In this document: positions 34,689 through 43,929 of the stretch, piece by piece | Layout: each line of letters begins with the position of its first letter | How positions within the stretch are numbered: position 1 is the first letter of the stretch | Origin: Patescibacteria group bacterium | GTDB taxonomy: Bacteria; Patescibacteriota; UBA1384; JBAYJO01 | NCBI GenBank assembly: GCA_041665085.1 | Contig: JBAYJO010000005.1 | Coordinates: 1-63,381, forward strand | Length of the DNA stretch: 63,381 nt | Reading direction: 5' to 3' | Position numbers and translations under genes: made by a program | The notes under the pieces: generated by a model | Database searches by the model: none | What the model saw: the letters and a program-made list of their open reading frames with translations, nothing else | What the model was told of the DNA's origin: nothing

Positions 34689-36419
34689 ATGAATGGCGAT
34701 AATTCTGATTCCAGAATAAAAATAGTTTTCTTTTTTGTAATTTTAATTACATGTGTTTTGTCTTTTAAACTTTTTCAAATTTCGGTTCTGTCGCATGGCC
34801 GATATGTGGCTATGGCAGAAAACCAATATATATTTACAAAAGAAATGCCTGCGGAGCGAGGTAGAATTTATTTGAGTGAAAAAGATGTCAGTGCCAGTGA
34901 TTTTAATAAAAATTATCCAGTTGCGTTAAATATTGAAATCTATGATGTAAATGTGACACCTCGCAATATTAGAAAACCTAAAGAAGCTGCTGCGGAACTT
35001 GCAAAAATTCTTGATTTAAATGAAGGAGAATTATTTAATTCTATAAATAATGATAAGCCATATTTACCGGCGATTAAAAAAGGGATAGAAAAAGAATTGG
35101 CTGACAAAGTAACCGATCTGAAATTGTCAGGTGTTTTTTTAACAACAAGTGAGAGTCGCATTTACCCTGAAGCAAGTCTTGCCAGTCAAATAATCGGTTT
35201 TGTTAATTCAGAGAATGCCGGGCAATATGGAATCGAAAAATCATTTAATGATACCTTATCCGGTAAAAGTGGAACAACAACTGGAGAAAAAGATACAAAA
35301 GGGCGAATTATTAAGCAGGGGGATACAGTTGAAGGTCAAAATGGAAATGATGTATTGCTTACCCTTGATCGAAATATTCAGTTTATGGCTGAAAAGAAAC
35401 TTAAAGAAGGTGTTGAAAAATATGAATGCGAGTCAGGTTCGATTATTGTAATGGATCCCAAAACCGGTGCTATTTGGGCAATGGCCAATAGTCCGGATTA
35501 TAATATTAATGATTTCAGTAAATTAGCTTCGGAAAAGAAAGAATATTTATTTAACAATCCTTCTGTTACAGGACTTTATGAACCGGGTTCAACATTTAAG
35601 GCTTTGATTATGGCTGCGGCGATTGATAAGGGAATAGTTGAGCCAGATACTCAAGAAACTTTTGGCAAATCTGTAATGGTGATGGGTTATGAAATTAGCA
35701 CTGCTGAAGATAAAGCATTTGGACTTGAAACCATGACTGATGTATTGGTGCATTCAGATAATGTTGGCATGGTGTGGCTTGGTGATAAGATGGGCAATGA
35801 TGTGATATATGATTATATTAAAAATTTTGGTTTTGGAGAAAAAACAAATATTGAATTGCCGCTTGAACAAGGAGGGGTGATTAGGGATAAAGCAAAATGG
35901 CGAGATATTAATAGAGCTACAACAACTTTTGGTCAGGGTGTTTCAATCACTCCATTGCAACTGATTTCAGCTTATCAAACTATTGCCAATGGTGGTAAAT
36001 TGATGCAGCCATATATTGTAAAAGCAACCAAATCCCCTGATGGAAAAATTTCTGAAACAATTCCAAAAGAAGTGCGGCAAGTAATATCCACTGAAACTGC
36101 GACAAAACTATCGGCTATGATGGTGGAGGTAGTTGAGCGAGGTACTGGTAAACATGCTAAAGTTGAAGGATATAAAACTGCAGCAAAAACTGGTACAGCT
36201 CAAGTGCCAAATCCTGAAGGAGGATATTTTGATGATACTGTTAAGATTGGTACTCTTGCCGGTTATGTGCCTGCTGAAGATCCAAAATTTGTAATGCTTG
36301 TTAAACTTGATAAGCCAAAAAAAGCAGAATGGGGAGAAACTTCAGCCGGACCGGTATTTGGAGATATGTCGAAATGGCTGATAAATTATTTGGAAATGCG
36401 GCCAAGTGCGGCAAATTGA
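34689..36419 (+). CDS. ftsI: Class B penicillin-binding protein (FtsI-type transpeptidase)
   Basis: An N-terminal TM, a PBP dimer domain, then STFK, SDN and KTGTA motifs. Confidence 0.85.
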   Translation: MNGDNSDSRIKIVFFFVILITCVLSFKLFQISVLSHGRYVAMAENQYIFTKEMPAERGRIYLSEKDVSASDFNKNYPVALNIEIYDVNVTPRNIRKPKEAAAELAKILDLNEGELFNSINNDKPYLPAIKKGIEKELADKVTDLKLSGVFLTTSESRIYPEASLASQIIGFVNSENAGQYGIEKSFNDTLSGKSGTTTGEKDTKGRIIKQGDTVEGQNGNDVLLTLDRNIQFMAEKKLKEGVEKYECESGSIIVMDPKTGAIWAMANSPDYNINDFSKLASEKKEYLFNNPSVTGLYEPGSTFKALIMAAAIDKGIVEPDTQETFGKSVMVMGYEISTAEDKAFGLETMTDVLVHSDNVGMVWLGDKMGNDVIYDYIKNFGFGEKTNIELPLEQGGVIRDKAKWRDINRATTTFGQGVSITPLQLISAYQTIANGGKLMQPYIVKATKSPDGKISETIPKEVRQVISTETATKLSAMMVEVVERGTGKHAKVEGYKTAAKTGTAQVPNPEGGYFDDTVKIGTLAGYVPAEDPKFVMLVKLDKPKKAEWGETSAGPVFGDMSKWLINYLEMRPSAAN

Positions 36420-36468
36420 ATTTGCTTAAATAGTAAAAGTAAGATATTTTTAAAACTAAAGGAGAAAT

Positions 36469-37512
36469 ATGCGAGCCTATATATTCGAATCAACAGATCT
36501 AACAAAAATATTTTGGATGGGAGCATTATCGTTTGTAATTGCCATGGCTTGGACTCCAATATTAACAGCTATTTTATATAAATATAAGATCGGAAAAAGA
36601 ATTAGAACAGAAGGGATAGGATCAAAAACTCCGATTTTTTCTGCTCTTCATGCTAAAAAAGAAAATACGCCAACCATGGGCGGTCTTTTGGTTTGGGTTA
36701 CTGTATTTGTACTAACTATGATTTTTAACCTTGATCGCGGGGGTACTTGGTTGCCTCTTTTTGCACTGGTTTCTGCTGGTGTGATTGGCGGAATTGATGA
36801 TTTATTTAATGTATTTGGAATTGGTCCAAATCGTGGAGGGCTTCGTTTTAGACATAAACTGATTTATTATCTTATCATTTCGCTTGTTGGAGCTTGGTGG
36901 TTTTATTCAAAACTTGGTTATAACGGTATCACGATTCCGGGAATTGGATTTACGGAAATTGGCTGGTGGTATATTCCTTTATTTGTGGTTGTTCTAATTG
37001 GAACAAGCTTTGCTGTAAATGAAACTGATGGTTTGGATGGTCTGGCAGGTGGTTTGCTTGCAATTGCTTTTGGCGCTTATGCTTTAATTGCTTTTGCAAA
37101 AGGAATTATGATTTATGATATTTCAAATGAAATGTTTCATCTGTCAGCATTCTGCGCGACTATATGTGGAGCACTTCTGGCTTTCTTGTGGTTTAATATT
37201 TATCCAGCTCGTTTTATTATGGGTGATACTGGTTCAATGTCTCTTGGAATTGCTTTGGCAATTGTAGCGATGCTTACAGATACAGTATATGTTTTACCGA
37301 TCATAGGCATAGTCTTTCTTATTGAGACATTGTCTGTTATAATTCAAATATCCAGTAAAAAATTAAGGGGCGGTAAAAAAGTATTCTTGTCAGCTCCGAT
37401 TCATCATCATTTTGAAGCACTGGGTTGGCCTGAAGCAAAAGTTACAATGAGATTCTGGGTTATTGGAGCAGTTGCTTCACTTATTGGACTTGTATTAGTG
37501 ATGGTATCATAA
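36469..37512 (+). CDS. mraY: Phospho-N-acetylmuramoyl-pentapeptide transferase
   Basis: Ten-TM topology with TPTMGG, NETDGLDGLA, MGDTGS and HHHFE blocks. Confidence 0.9.
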   Translation: MRAYIFESTDLTKIFWMGALSFVIAMAWTPILTAILYKYKIGKRIRTEGIGSKTPIFSALHAKKENTPTMGGLLVWVTVFVLTMIFNLDRGGTWLPLFALVSAGVIGGIDDLFNVFGIGPNRGGLRFRHKLIYYLIISLVGAWWFYSKLGYNGITIPGIGFTEIGWWYIPLFVVVLIGTSFAVNETDGLDGLAGGLLAIAFGAYALIAFAKGIMIYDISNEMFHLSAFCATICGALLAFLWFNIYPARFIMGDTGSMSLGIALAIVAMLTDTVYVLPIIGIVFLIETLSVIIQISSKKLRGGKKVFLSAPIHHHFEALGWPEAKVTMRFWVIGAVASLIGLVLVMVS

Positions 37513-38220
37513 ATGGAAAACAGTATTGCAGTACCAAAACATATCGGGGTGATCCTAGATGGTAATCGTAGATGGGCAAAAGAACATCACCTGCCAAGTA
37601 TTCTAGGTCACAATAAAGGTAAAGATAATGTTATCAATTTTTTGCGTTGGTCAAGGGCGCATAATGTAAAAGAAGTTACATTTTATAGTTTTTCAATGCA
37701 GAATTTTTCCCGACCGATTGAAGAAGTTAAATATTTAATGAAACTATTTGAAAGAGCGTTTAAAGAATATTCAAAACATCCGGAAGTTCATAAATATAAA
37801 GTCGGTTTGAATATCATTGGTAGAACATATTTATTTCCAGAAAAAGTGCAGCAAGCCTTAAATGCTGCTTTGCAGGCAACTCGCGAATATGAAGATTTTC
37901 GGGTTAATTTTGCGATTGGGTATGGTGGAAGGGAAGAGATTGTTGATGCCGTAAAATCTATTGTTAAAAAATGCGCAAATAAACTTTTGAGTATTGAAAA
38001 GATTGATGAAAAAGAAGTTAGAAAGCACTTGTATTTGGATTCAGATCCCGATTTAATTATTAGAACTGGTGGAGAACATCGAACTTCGAATTTTTTGCCG
38101 TGGCAGTCAACTTATAGTGAGTGGTTTTTTGTTAATAAATCATGGCCTGATTTTAATAAAGAAGATTTAGACTCTATTATCGAAGATTTTACAAAACGAG
38201 AGAGACGCTTCGGGGCGTAA
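37513..38220 (+). CDS. uppS: Undecaprenyl diphosphate synthase
   Basis: HIGVILDGNRRWA, FSMQNF.R, IRTGGEHRTSNFLPWQ and ERRFG. Its ATG directly abuts the mraY stop codon. Confidence 0.9.
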   Translation: MENSIAVPKHIGVILDGNRRWAKEHHLPSILGHNKGKDNVINFLRWSRAHNVKEVTFYSFSMQNFSRPIEEVKYLMKLFERAFKEYSKHPEVHKYKVGLNIIGRTYLFPEKVQQALNAALQATREYEDFRVNFAIGYGGREEIVDAVKSIVKKCANKLLSIEKIDEKEVRKHLYLDSDPDLIIRTGGEHRTSNFLPWQSTYSEWFFVNKSWPDFNKEDLDSIIEDFTKRERRFGA

Positions 38221-38343
38221 TCTAATAATGTAATTAATTTTTCTAAAATCAATGTTTTTTCTTTTTGAAAAAATAGATCAAATTATTTAATTAAGTGCTT
38301 CTTAAATCTTGTGAAATTTGCTACTATATATATAGGAGGAGCA

Positions 38344-39708
38344 ATGGATTTTGTAAACAAAAAAATTGCCATTTTAGGTTTTGGAGTAGAGGGCAAAGAA
38401 GCCTATCAATATTTGAAAAATACAAGCGCAATTATTACTATTTGCGATAAATTAGAACGCGAGCAGATTGATTTGGCTGGTGTTTCAGATGATGTTCAGT
38501 TTATTGGCGGTGAGAATTATTTAAATGATTTAAAGAGATTTGATATTATTTTTCGTTCTCCCGGTATTCCTTATCTTGATCCAAAAATAATTGAGGCAAA
38601 GAAGAACGGATCGATTATTACTTCTGCTACAAAATTATTTTTTGATTTATGCCCGGCCAAAATTATTGGGGTTACCGGTACTAAAGGAAAAGGGACAACT
38701 TCTACACTGATTGCTGCAATTTTAAATAAAGCCAATATTAAAACATATTTAGGGGGAAATATTGGAGAACCTCTTTTAACTAAACTGGATCAGATTACAA
38801 AAGATGATTTTGTTGTTTATGAATTGAGTAGTTTTCAGCTTCAAGATCTAGAAAAGAGTCCTGATATTGCAGTTGTTTTAAATATTACGGCAGATCATTT
38901 AAATGTTCATAAAGACTTGGATGAATATATTTCTTCAAAAGAAAATATTGTTTCAAATCAAAATAAAGATAATTTTGTTGTGATTAATGCTGACTATTTG
39001 ACTTCATTTGAATTTGCCTCTGCTACAAGAGCGAATTGTTATTATTTTAGCCGCAAAAAATGGGTTGATCAGGGGGCTTATGTTAAAGACAAAAAACAAA
39101 TAATTTTAAATACAGGGGATGAAGAAATTGTTATAGCAAATACGACTGAACTGCAGCTTAGAGGTGAGCATAATTGGGAAAATATTTCTGCTGCATCTGT
39201 AGCTGCGTATTTGGCTGGTGTTGAACCAAAAATAATTTCTGCTATTGTCAAAGAATTTAAAGGACTTGAGCATAGACTGGAATTAGTTGGTGAAATAAGA
39301 GGTGCAAAATATTATAATGATTCATTTGCAACCGGTCCTGATCCTACTATTGCAGCAATTAGATCATTTAAAGAACCGATTAATTTGATACTTGGTGGTC
39401 GGGATAAAAACCTTGATTTTACAGAACTTGGTAAAGAAATAGTTTCAAATAATGTTAAAAAAATTATTCTGATTGGTGAATTGGCTGACAAATTAAGAGA
39501 AATAGTTGTTAAAAATGATAGTCAAAAGAAAATCGAATTTTTTGAAGGTGCAAAAAATATGGAAGAAATTGTAAAAATGGCTGCTTCAAATGCTTCTTCT
39601 GGAGAAGTTGTTTTGTTGTCGCCTGCAGCAGCTAGCTTCGACATGTTTCAAAGTTACAAAGATAGAGGTTGTCAGTTTAAAAATCAAGTGAATAAATTGA
39701 AAAACTAG
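38344..39708 (+). CDS. murD: UDP-N-acetylmuramoylalanine--D-glutamate ligase
   Basis: An N-terminal Rossmann motif (ILGFGVEGK), the Mur ligase P-loop GVTGTKGKGTT, and DHLN. The start is taken at the ATG after aggagg. Confidence 0.85.
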   Translation: MDFVNKKIAILGFGVEGKEAYQYLKNTSAIITICDKLEREQIDLAGVSDDVQFIGGENYLNDLKRFDIIFRSPGIPYLDPKIIEAKKNGSIITSATKLFFDLCPAKIIGVTGTKGKGTTSTLIAAILNKANIKTYLGGNIGEPLLTKLDQITKDDFVVYELSSFQLQDLEKSPDIAVVLNITADHLNVHKDLDEYISSKENIVSNQNKDNFVVINADYLTSFEFASATRANCYYFSRKKWVDQGAYVKDKKQIILNTGDEEIVIANTTELQLRGEHNWENISAASVAAYLAGVEPKIISAIVKEFKGLEHRLELVGEIRGAKYYNDSFATGPDPTIAAIRSFKEPINLILGGRDKNLDFTELGKEIVSNNVKKIILIGELADKLREIVVKNDSQKKIEFFEGAKNMEEIVKMAASNASSGEVVLLSPAAASFDMFQSYKDRGCQFKNQVNKLKN

Positions 39709-39774
39709 AAAAGAATAAATGCTCGCCATTTATTATGTTAATTAGAAATTAGTAATTAGTAATTAATATATCCT

Positions 39775-40890
39775 ATGCCTTCTTATAGAAAAAGAAACAA
39801 AAGAATCGATATTATACTTGCTTTAGTAATTCTAGCGCTCGTTGGTTTTGGACTGGTGATGATTTCTTCAACATCGGTTGTGCTTTCTTATGAAAAATTT
39901 GGACAAAATTATTATTATCTTACAAAACAGTTTCAGTGGTTACTTATTGGAATTATCGCAATGATTGTTTTAACAATTGTTGACTATATGTCTTTAAGAA
40001 AATATGCGCTTTGGTGTTTGATTATTACACTTTTAATGTTGTCGCTTCTTCTTCTGCCCGGTGTGAGTAATGAAATAAAGGGTGCGACTCGTTGGGTGCA
40101 TATTGGGCCGATATTTTTTCAGCCATCTGAATTTGCAAAACTTGGTTTTTTAATATATTTGGCGGCTTGGCTTGATCGAAAAGGAATTTTGATAAAATCT
40201 TTTACGGCTGGTTTTTTACCGTTCTTCGTACTTGTTGCAGTTTTTGCTTTTTTGATTATGAAACAACCAGATATGGGCACAACTCTTGTTTTTGTAATTA
40301 CAGCAGTTTCAATGTTTTTTGTGGCCGGGGCTGATTTTGTTCAATTTTTACTTGGAGGATTAGGTGCGGCAGCCGCTTTTTTAATATTAATATTTTCTTC
40401 ATCTTATAGATTATCTAGACTTAAAGTTTTTTGGGATCATTCAAGTCAAAATGCACTCGGAGCTGGTTATCACATGTATCAGGCCTTAATTGCAATTGGT
40501 TCCGGAGGTTTACTTGGACTTGGATTTGGTCAAAGTCAACAAAAATATTTATATTTACCAGAGCCATTTTCTGATTCGATTTTTGCAATTACTGTTGAAG
40601 AGCTGGGTTTTTTGCGATCAATGTTTGTAATTTTAGCTTTTTTGTTTATTGCTTACAGGGGTTACAATATTGCAAAATCGGCCCCTGATAATTTTGGTAA
40701 GTTTTTGGCAATTGGTATTACTACTTGGATTGTTTTTCAAGCATTTCTGAACATTGGCGCTATGGTTGGCGCAATTCCATTAACCGGAGTCCCCCTTCCT
40801 TTTATTAGTGCCGGTGGATCGTCTTTGGTTGTTAACTTGGCAGCGATTGGTATATTATTAAATATATCTAAACATTCATCTGGAGCATAA
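39775..40890 (+). CDS. ftsW: SEDS-family cell division protein FtsW
   Basis: Ten-TM SEDS layout with QPSEFAKL, PDMGT, D.IFA...EELG and PLPFISAGGSS blocks. Confidence 0.85.
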   Translation: MPSYRKRNKRIDIILALVILALVGFGLVMISSTSVVLSYEKFGQNYYYLTKQFQWLLIGIIAMIVLTIVDYMSLRKYALWCLIITLLMLSLLLLPGVSNEIKGATRWVHIGPIFFQPSEFAKLGFLIYLAAWLDRKGILIKSFTAGFLPFFVLVAVFAFLIMKQPDMGTTLVFVITAVSMFFVAGADFVQFLLGGLGAAAAFLILIFSSSYRLSRLKVFWDHSSQNALGAGYHMYQALIAIGSGGLLGLGFGQSQQKYLYLPEPFSDSIFAITVEELGFLRSMFVILAFLFIAYRGYNIAKSAPDNFGKFLAIGITTWIVFQAFLNIGAMVGAIPLTGVPLPFISAGGSSLVVNLAAIGILLNISKHSSGA

Positions 40891-40891
40891 T

Positions 40892-41980
40892 ATGAAAAAA
40901 AAGAAAATTATTTTGACTGGCGGAGGAACAGGTGGACACATTACGCCGCTTTTGGTGATTGCTGAAAATGTAAAAAATGAAGCTGATATTATTTTTGTTG
41001 GAACAGGTGGTATGGAATCGCGCATGGTTCCAAGTGATATAAAATTTAAAAAAATATTGGCTGGCAAGATTAGAAGATATTTGACGCTTGGATCATGTGT
41101 CTTAAATATTATTGATATTTTAAAAACTATAATTGGAATGGTTCAGTCGTTTTTTTTCGTATTATTTTATAATCCGGATATAGTTTTTGCAAAAGGCGGT
41201 TATGTTTCAATTCCAGTTGTTTTAACTGCTGCAATTTTGAGAAAGAAGATTTATATTCATGAGTCTGATATAATTGCCGGAGTTTCTAATAAAATTTGCG
41301 GGAGATTTGCAAGAAAAATATTTGTAGGTTTCCCCGAGAAATTTTATTTTTTTCCAAAAAATAAAATGATTTATTCAGGCGTGCCAGTACGCGCTGAATT
41401 TCAGATGAAGAAAACAGATGAAGATTATAATTTTTTCAATTTTTCAAGTAAAGAAAAAGTATTGCTTGTAACTGGTGGATCACAAGGATCGCGATTATTT
41501 AATCAATTTATTGAAAAGAATATTGAGATAATTTTAGAAAAAACGCAGCTTATTGTTTTGTCTGGTAATGAATTTTATGAAAAATTTGTATCTATAAAAG
41601 AAAGGCTTGGCGACAAGAAAGATAAATTTCAAGTTTATAATTTCTTAAATGAAATGGACAAGGCAATTCGAATTTCCGATTTAATTATTTCAAGAGCTAG
41701 TGCAACTACAATGTTTGAAATTGCTGCTGCTTTAAAGCCATCGATTTTAATTCCTTTATCGACCTCTGCATCAGGGCATCAAGAAGTAAATGCAAATTAT
41801 GGGGAAGAAATGGGGTTTGCAAAAAAAGTTAGTGAAAAACAATTTTCAAATGATGATTATATTAAATTTATTTTAGATTTATTGGATAATGAAAGTGAGT
41901 TAAAAAAAATGTCTGAAGCATGCAGGGAGTTTTCTAAAATTGATAGTATTGAAATTATTAAAAAAGAGATATTTGCATAA
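40892..41980 (+). CDS. murG: UDP-N-acetylglucosamine--LPS/lipid I N-acetylglucosamine transferase MurG
   Basis: LTGGGTGGHITP at the N terminus, with GGSQGS and a GT28 C-terminal domain. Confidence 0.85.
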   Translation: MKKKKIILTGGGTGGHITPLLVIAENVKNEADIIFVGTGGMESRMVPSDIKFKKILAGKIRRYLTLGSCVLNIIDILKTIIGMVQSFFFVLFYNPDIVFAKGGYVSIPVVLTAAILRKKIYIHESDIIAGVSNKICGRFARKIFVGFPEKFYFFPKNKMIYSGVPVRAEFQMKKTDEDYNFFNFSSKEKVLLVTGGSQGSRLFNQFIEKNIEIILEKTQLIVLSGNEFYEKFVSIKERLGDKKDKFQVYNFLNEMDKAIRISDLIISRASATTMFEIAAALKPSILIPLSTSASGHQEVNANYGEEMGFAKKVSEKQFSNDDYIKFILDLLDNESELKKMSEACREFSKIDSIEIIKKEIFA

Positions 41981-41984
41981 CGCT

Positions 41985-42950
41985 ATGACTAAAGAAGAAC
42001 AGCTTGAAAAACATATCAATAATTTTCATAGTAATTATGTAATGCGTGATTTGACCAGAATAAAAACAGGTGGAGTGGCTGAATATTTTTGCGAGGCCGA
42101 TACAATCGAAGAATTGATAAATGGTGTGTCTGGAGCGATTACTATTAAGGAAGATTATATGGTTTTGGGAGAAGGAAGCAATGTGCTTTTTTCTGATTAT
42201 GGATATAAAGGCTTGGTAATTAAAAATAAGACAAATAATCTTGCATTTTTAGATGAAATGAGTCAAATAATTGTTGATTCCGGAGTTAGTTTAAAGAGAA
42301 TTGTGATGGAGTCGTGTTCAAGAGAACTTTCCGGAATGGAACCATATGCAACAATTCCGGGAACTATTGGAGGAGCTGTTTGGAGTAATATTAATGTTTT
42401 TAATGTGCCAATAACTAATTTTATCAAAAGTGCGACTATTCTTTTTCCAAAAGCAGATGGTGATTATAAAGTGCTTAAAAAAAATCGAGATTGGTTTGAG
42501 TTTGAAACAGGAATTAATAAATTAAAAAAAATACAACCAAAACCAATTATTTTGTCGCTTAAATTACAATTGGCACAAAATAAAAGAGAAGATATATGGA
42601 AAAAACTTTCATACTATAAAAAACTTGGCGAAAAAAATTTTCCTTTGAATCAGTTAAATTTAAAGGTTTTTTCTAGCAGATATCTTGATGGTAAAAATGA
42701 CACGGAAACTATTAAAAATTTACGAGAACAAAAAACTAAAACAAAAGCATTTTGTCTGGACAGGGAAAATCCAAAATTTATAAATAATTATAGAAAAGCT
42801 AAATCACAAGAAATAAAAGATTATATTGAATCTATTAAATCATATATTAGAGAAAAACAAGGTATAATGTTGGAAGAATCTTTTGAATATTTTGGTAATT
42901 GGGATAGTATGAATTTAGAAAAACTGGAGATTTCGGATGAAGAAGAATAA
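41985..42950 (+). CDS. murB: UDP-N-acetylenolpyruvoylglucosamine reductase (divergent C-terminal domain)
   Basis: An FAD-binding N-terminal domain (RIKTGGVAEYF, VLGEGSNVLFSD.GYKGLVI, IPGTIGGAV). The C-terminal domain is Lys-rich and poorly conserved. Confidence 0.65.
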   Translation: MTKEEQLEKHINNFHSNYVMRDLTRIKTGGVAEYFCEADTIEELINGVSGAITIKEDYMVLGEGSNVLFSDYGYKGLVIKNKTNNLAFLDEMSQIIVDSGVSLKRIVMESCSRELSGMEPYATIPGTIGGAVWSNINVFNVPITNFIKSATILFPKADGDYKVLKKNRDWFEFETGINKLKKIQPKPIILSLKLQLAQNKREDIWKKLSYYKKLGEKNFPLNQLNLKVFSSRYLDGKNDTETIKNLREQKTKTKAFCLDRENPKFINNYRKAKSQEIKDYIESIKSYIREKQGIMLEESFEYFGNWDSMNLEKLEISDEEE

Positions 42951-43707
42951 ATATAGTTATTCAACAATATATTATCCAACTCCAAAAGCTAAAGATGGAG
43001 GTTTTTATATTTCACCTAAATCAATAAAATGGTTTGTTTTGCTGTTAGTTGTCGGGTGTTTAGTATATTTTTTCTATTTTTCCAGTTTTTTTAATTTAAA
43101 TAATATTATTTTTGAAGGTGAAAAAAATGATCAGTTAATTGCTGAAGCCAGTAAATTAAAAGGTCGTAATTTATTATTTATTTCATCGGATTATGAGGAA
43201 AAAGAATTGCTCAAAAAAATGCCGAATTTTAAATCTTTAACTTTTTATAAAGGACTTCCTGATTCTGTTAAAATTACCGGTGAATTAAGAAAAAAATCAT
43301 TAGTATGGTTATCTGAAGGAAAATATTATTCGGTAGATGATAAAGGTATGCTTTATGAAGAAATAAATAATTTTACAAATGATGGAACTTTTTTGATTAT
43401 TGAAGATAAGAAAAATGTGCCAGCTCAAATAGGTAGAAGGATTATATCTAATGATTTTATTGATTTTGTAAAAACAATTCGCGATAATTTTTCATTAGTA
43501 ACCGGTCAAAAAATTACCGGTATGTCTATTGAAGAATCTACTTATCATATTTATGTTTCAACAGATGCTAATTGGAAAGCAATATTTACGCTTGATCGTT
43601 CGGCATCTGACCAGCTTGAAGATCTGAAGCTTATTTTAACTAAAGCGAGAGATAGTGTAAAAGAATATGTTGATTTAAGGATTGAAGGTAGGGCGTACTA
43701 CAAATAG
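42937..43707 (+). CDS. ftsQ: FtsQ/DivIB-like cell division protein
   Basis: A single TM and then a POTRA-like domain. Its position at the end of the dcw cluster supports the call. Confidence 0.5.
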   Translation: MKKNKYSYSTIYYPTPKAKDGGFYISPKSIKWFVLLLVVGCLVYFFYFSSFFNLNNIIFEGEKNDQLIAEASKLKGRNLLFISSDYEEKELLKKMPNFKSLTFYKGLPDSVKITGELRKKSLVWLSEGKYYSVDDKGMLYEEINNFTNDGTFLIIEDKKNVPAQIGRRIISNDFIDFVKTIRDNFSLVTGQKITGMSIEESTYHIYVSTDANWKAIFTLDRSASDQLEDLKLILTKARDSVKEYVDLRIEGRAYYK

Positions 43708-43797
43708 TCGCTCAGTATTACCAAATTGCTTAGCACCGGCGGACCTTTATGCCTGCCTCGCCGGCAGGCGGGCGCAATTTCAGTAATACCTCGCTCT
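43708..43797 (+). repeat. Conserved-loop hairpin element, copy 2, carrying a nested small palindrome
   Basis: agtattaccaaat tgcttagcaccggcggacctttatgc [cctgcctcgccggcaggcgg] gcgcaatttcagtaatac. The nested palindrome at 43752-43771 also occurs at 31881-31902. Confidence 0.65.
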
Positions 43798-43826
43798 TTT
43801 TTAAAGGAAATGTCTAGTGTTAGTAT

Positions 43827-43899
43827 CTAAAGTGAATTATTGTACTCGCTGCTTAGCGTGGATTACCACATGCGCGACTCGCACAATAATTCACTTTAG
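43827..43899 (+). repeat. Conserved-loop hairpin element, copy 3
   Basis: The arms are ctaaagtgaattattgtactcgc and gcgactcgcacaataattcactttag. The loop is tgcttagcgtggattaccacatgcgc. Confidence 0.6.
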
Positions 43900-43929
43900 A
43901 AATTATTAATTGTATTAATTGGTAAAATA

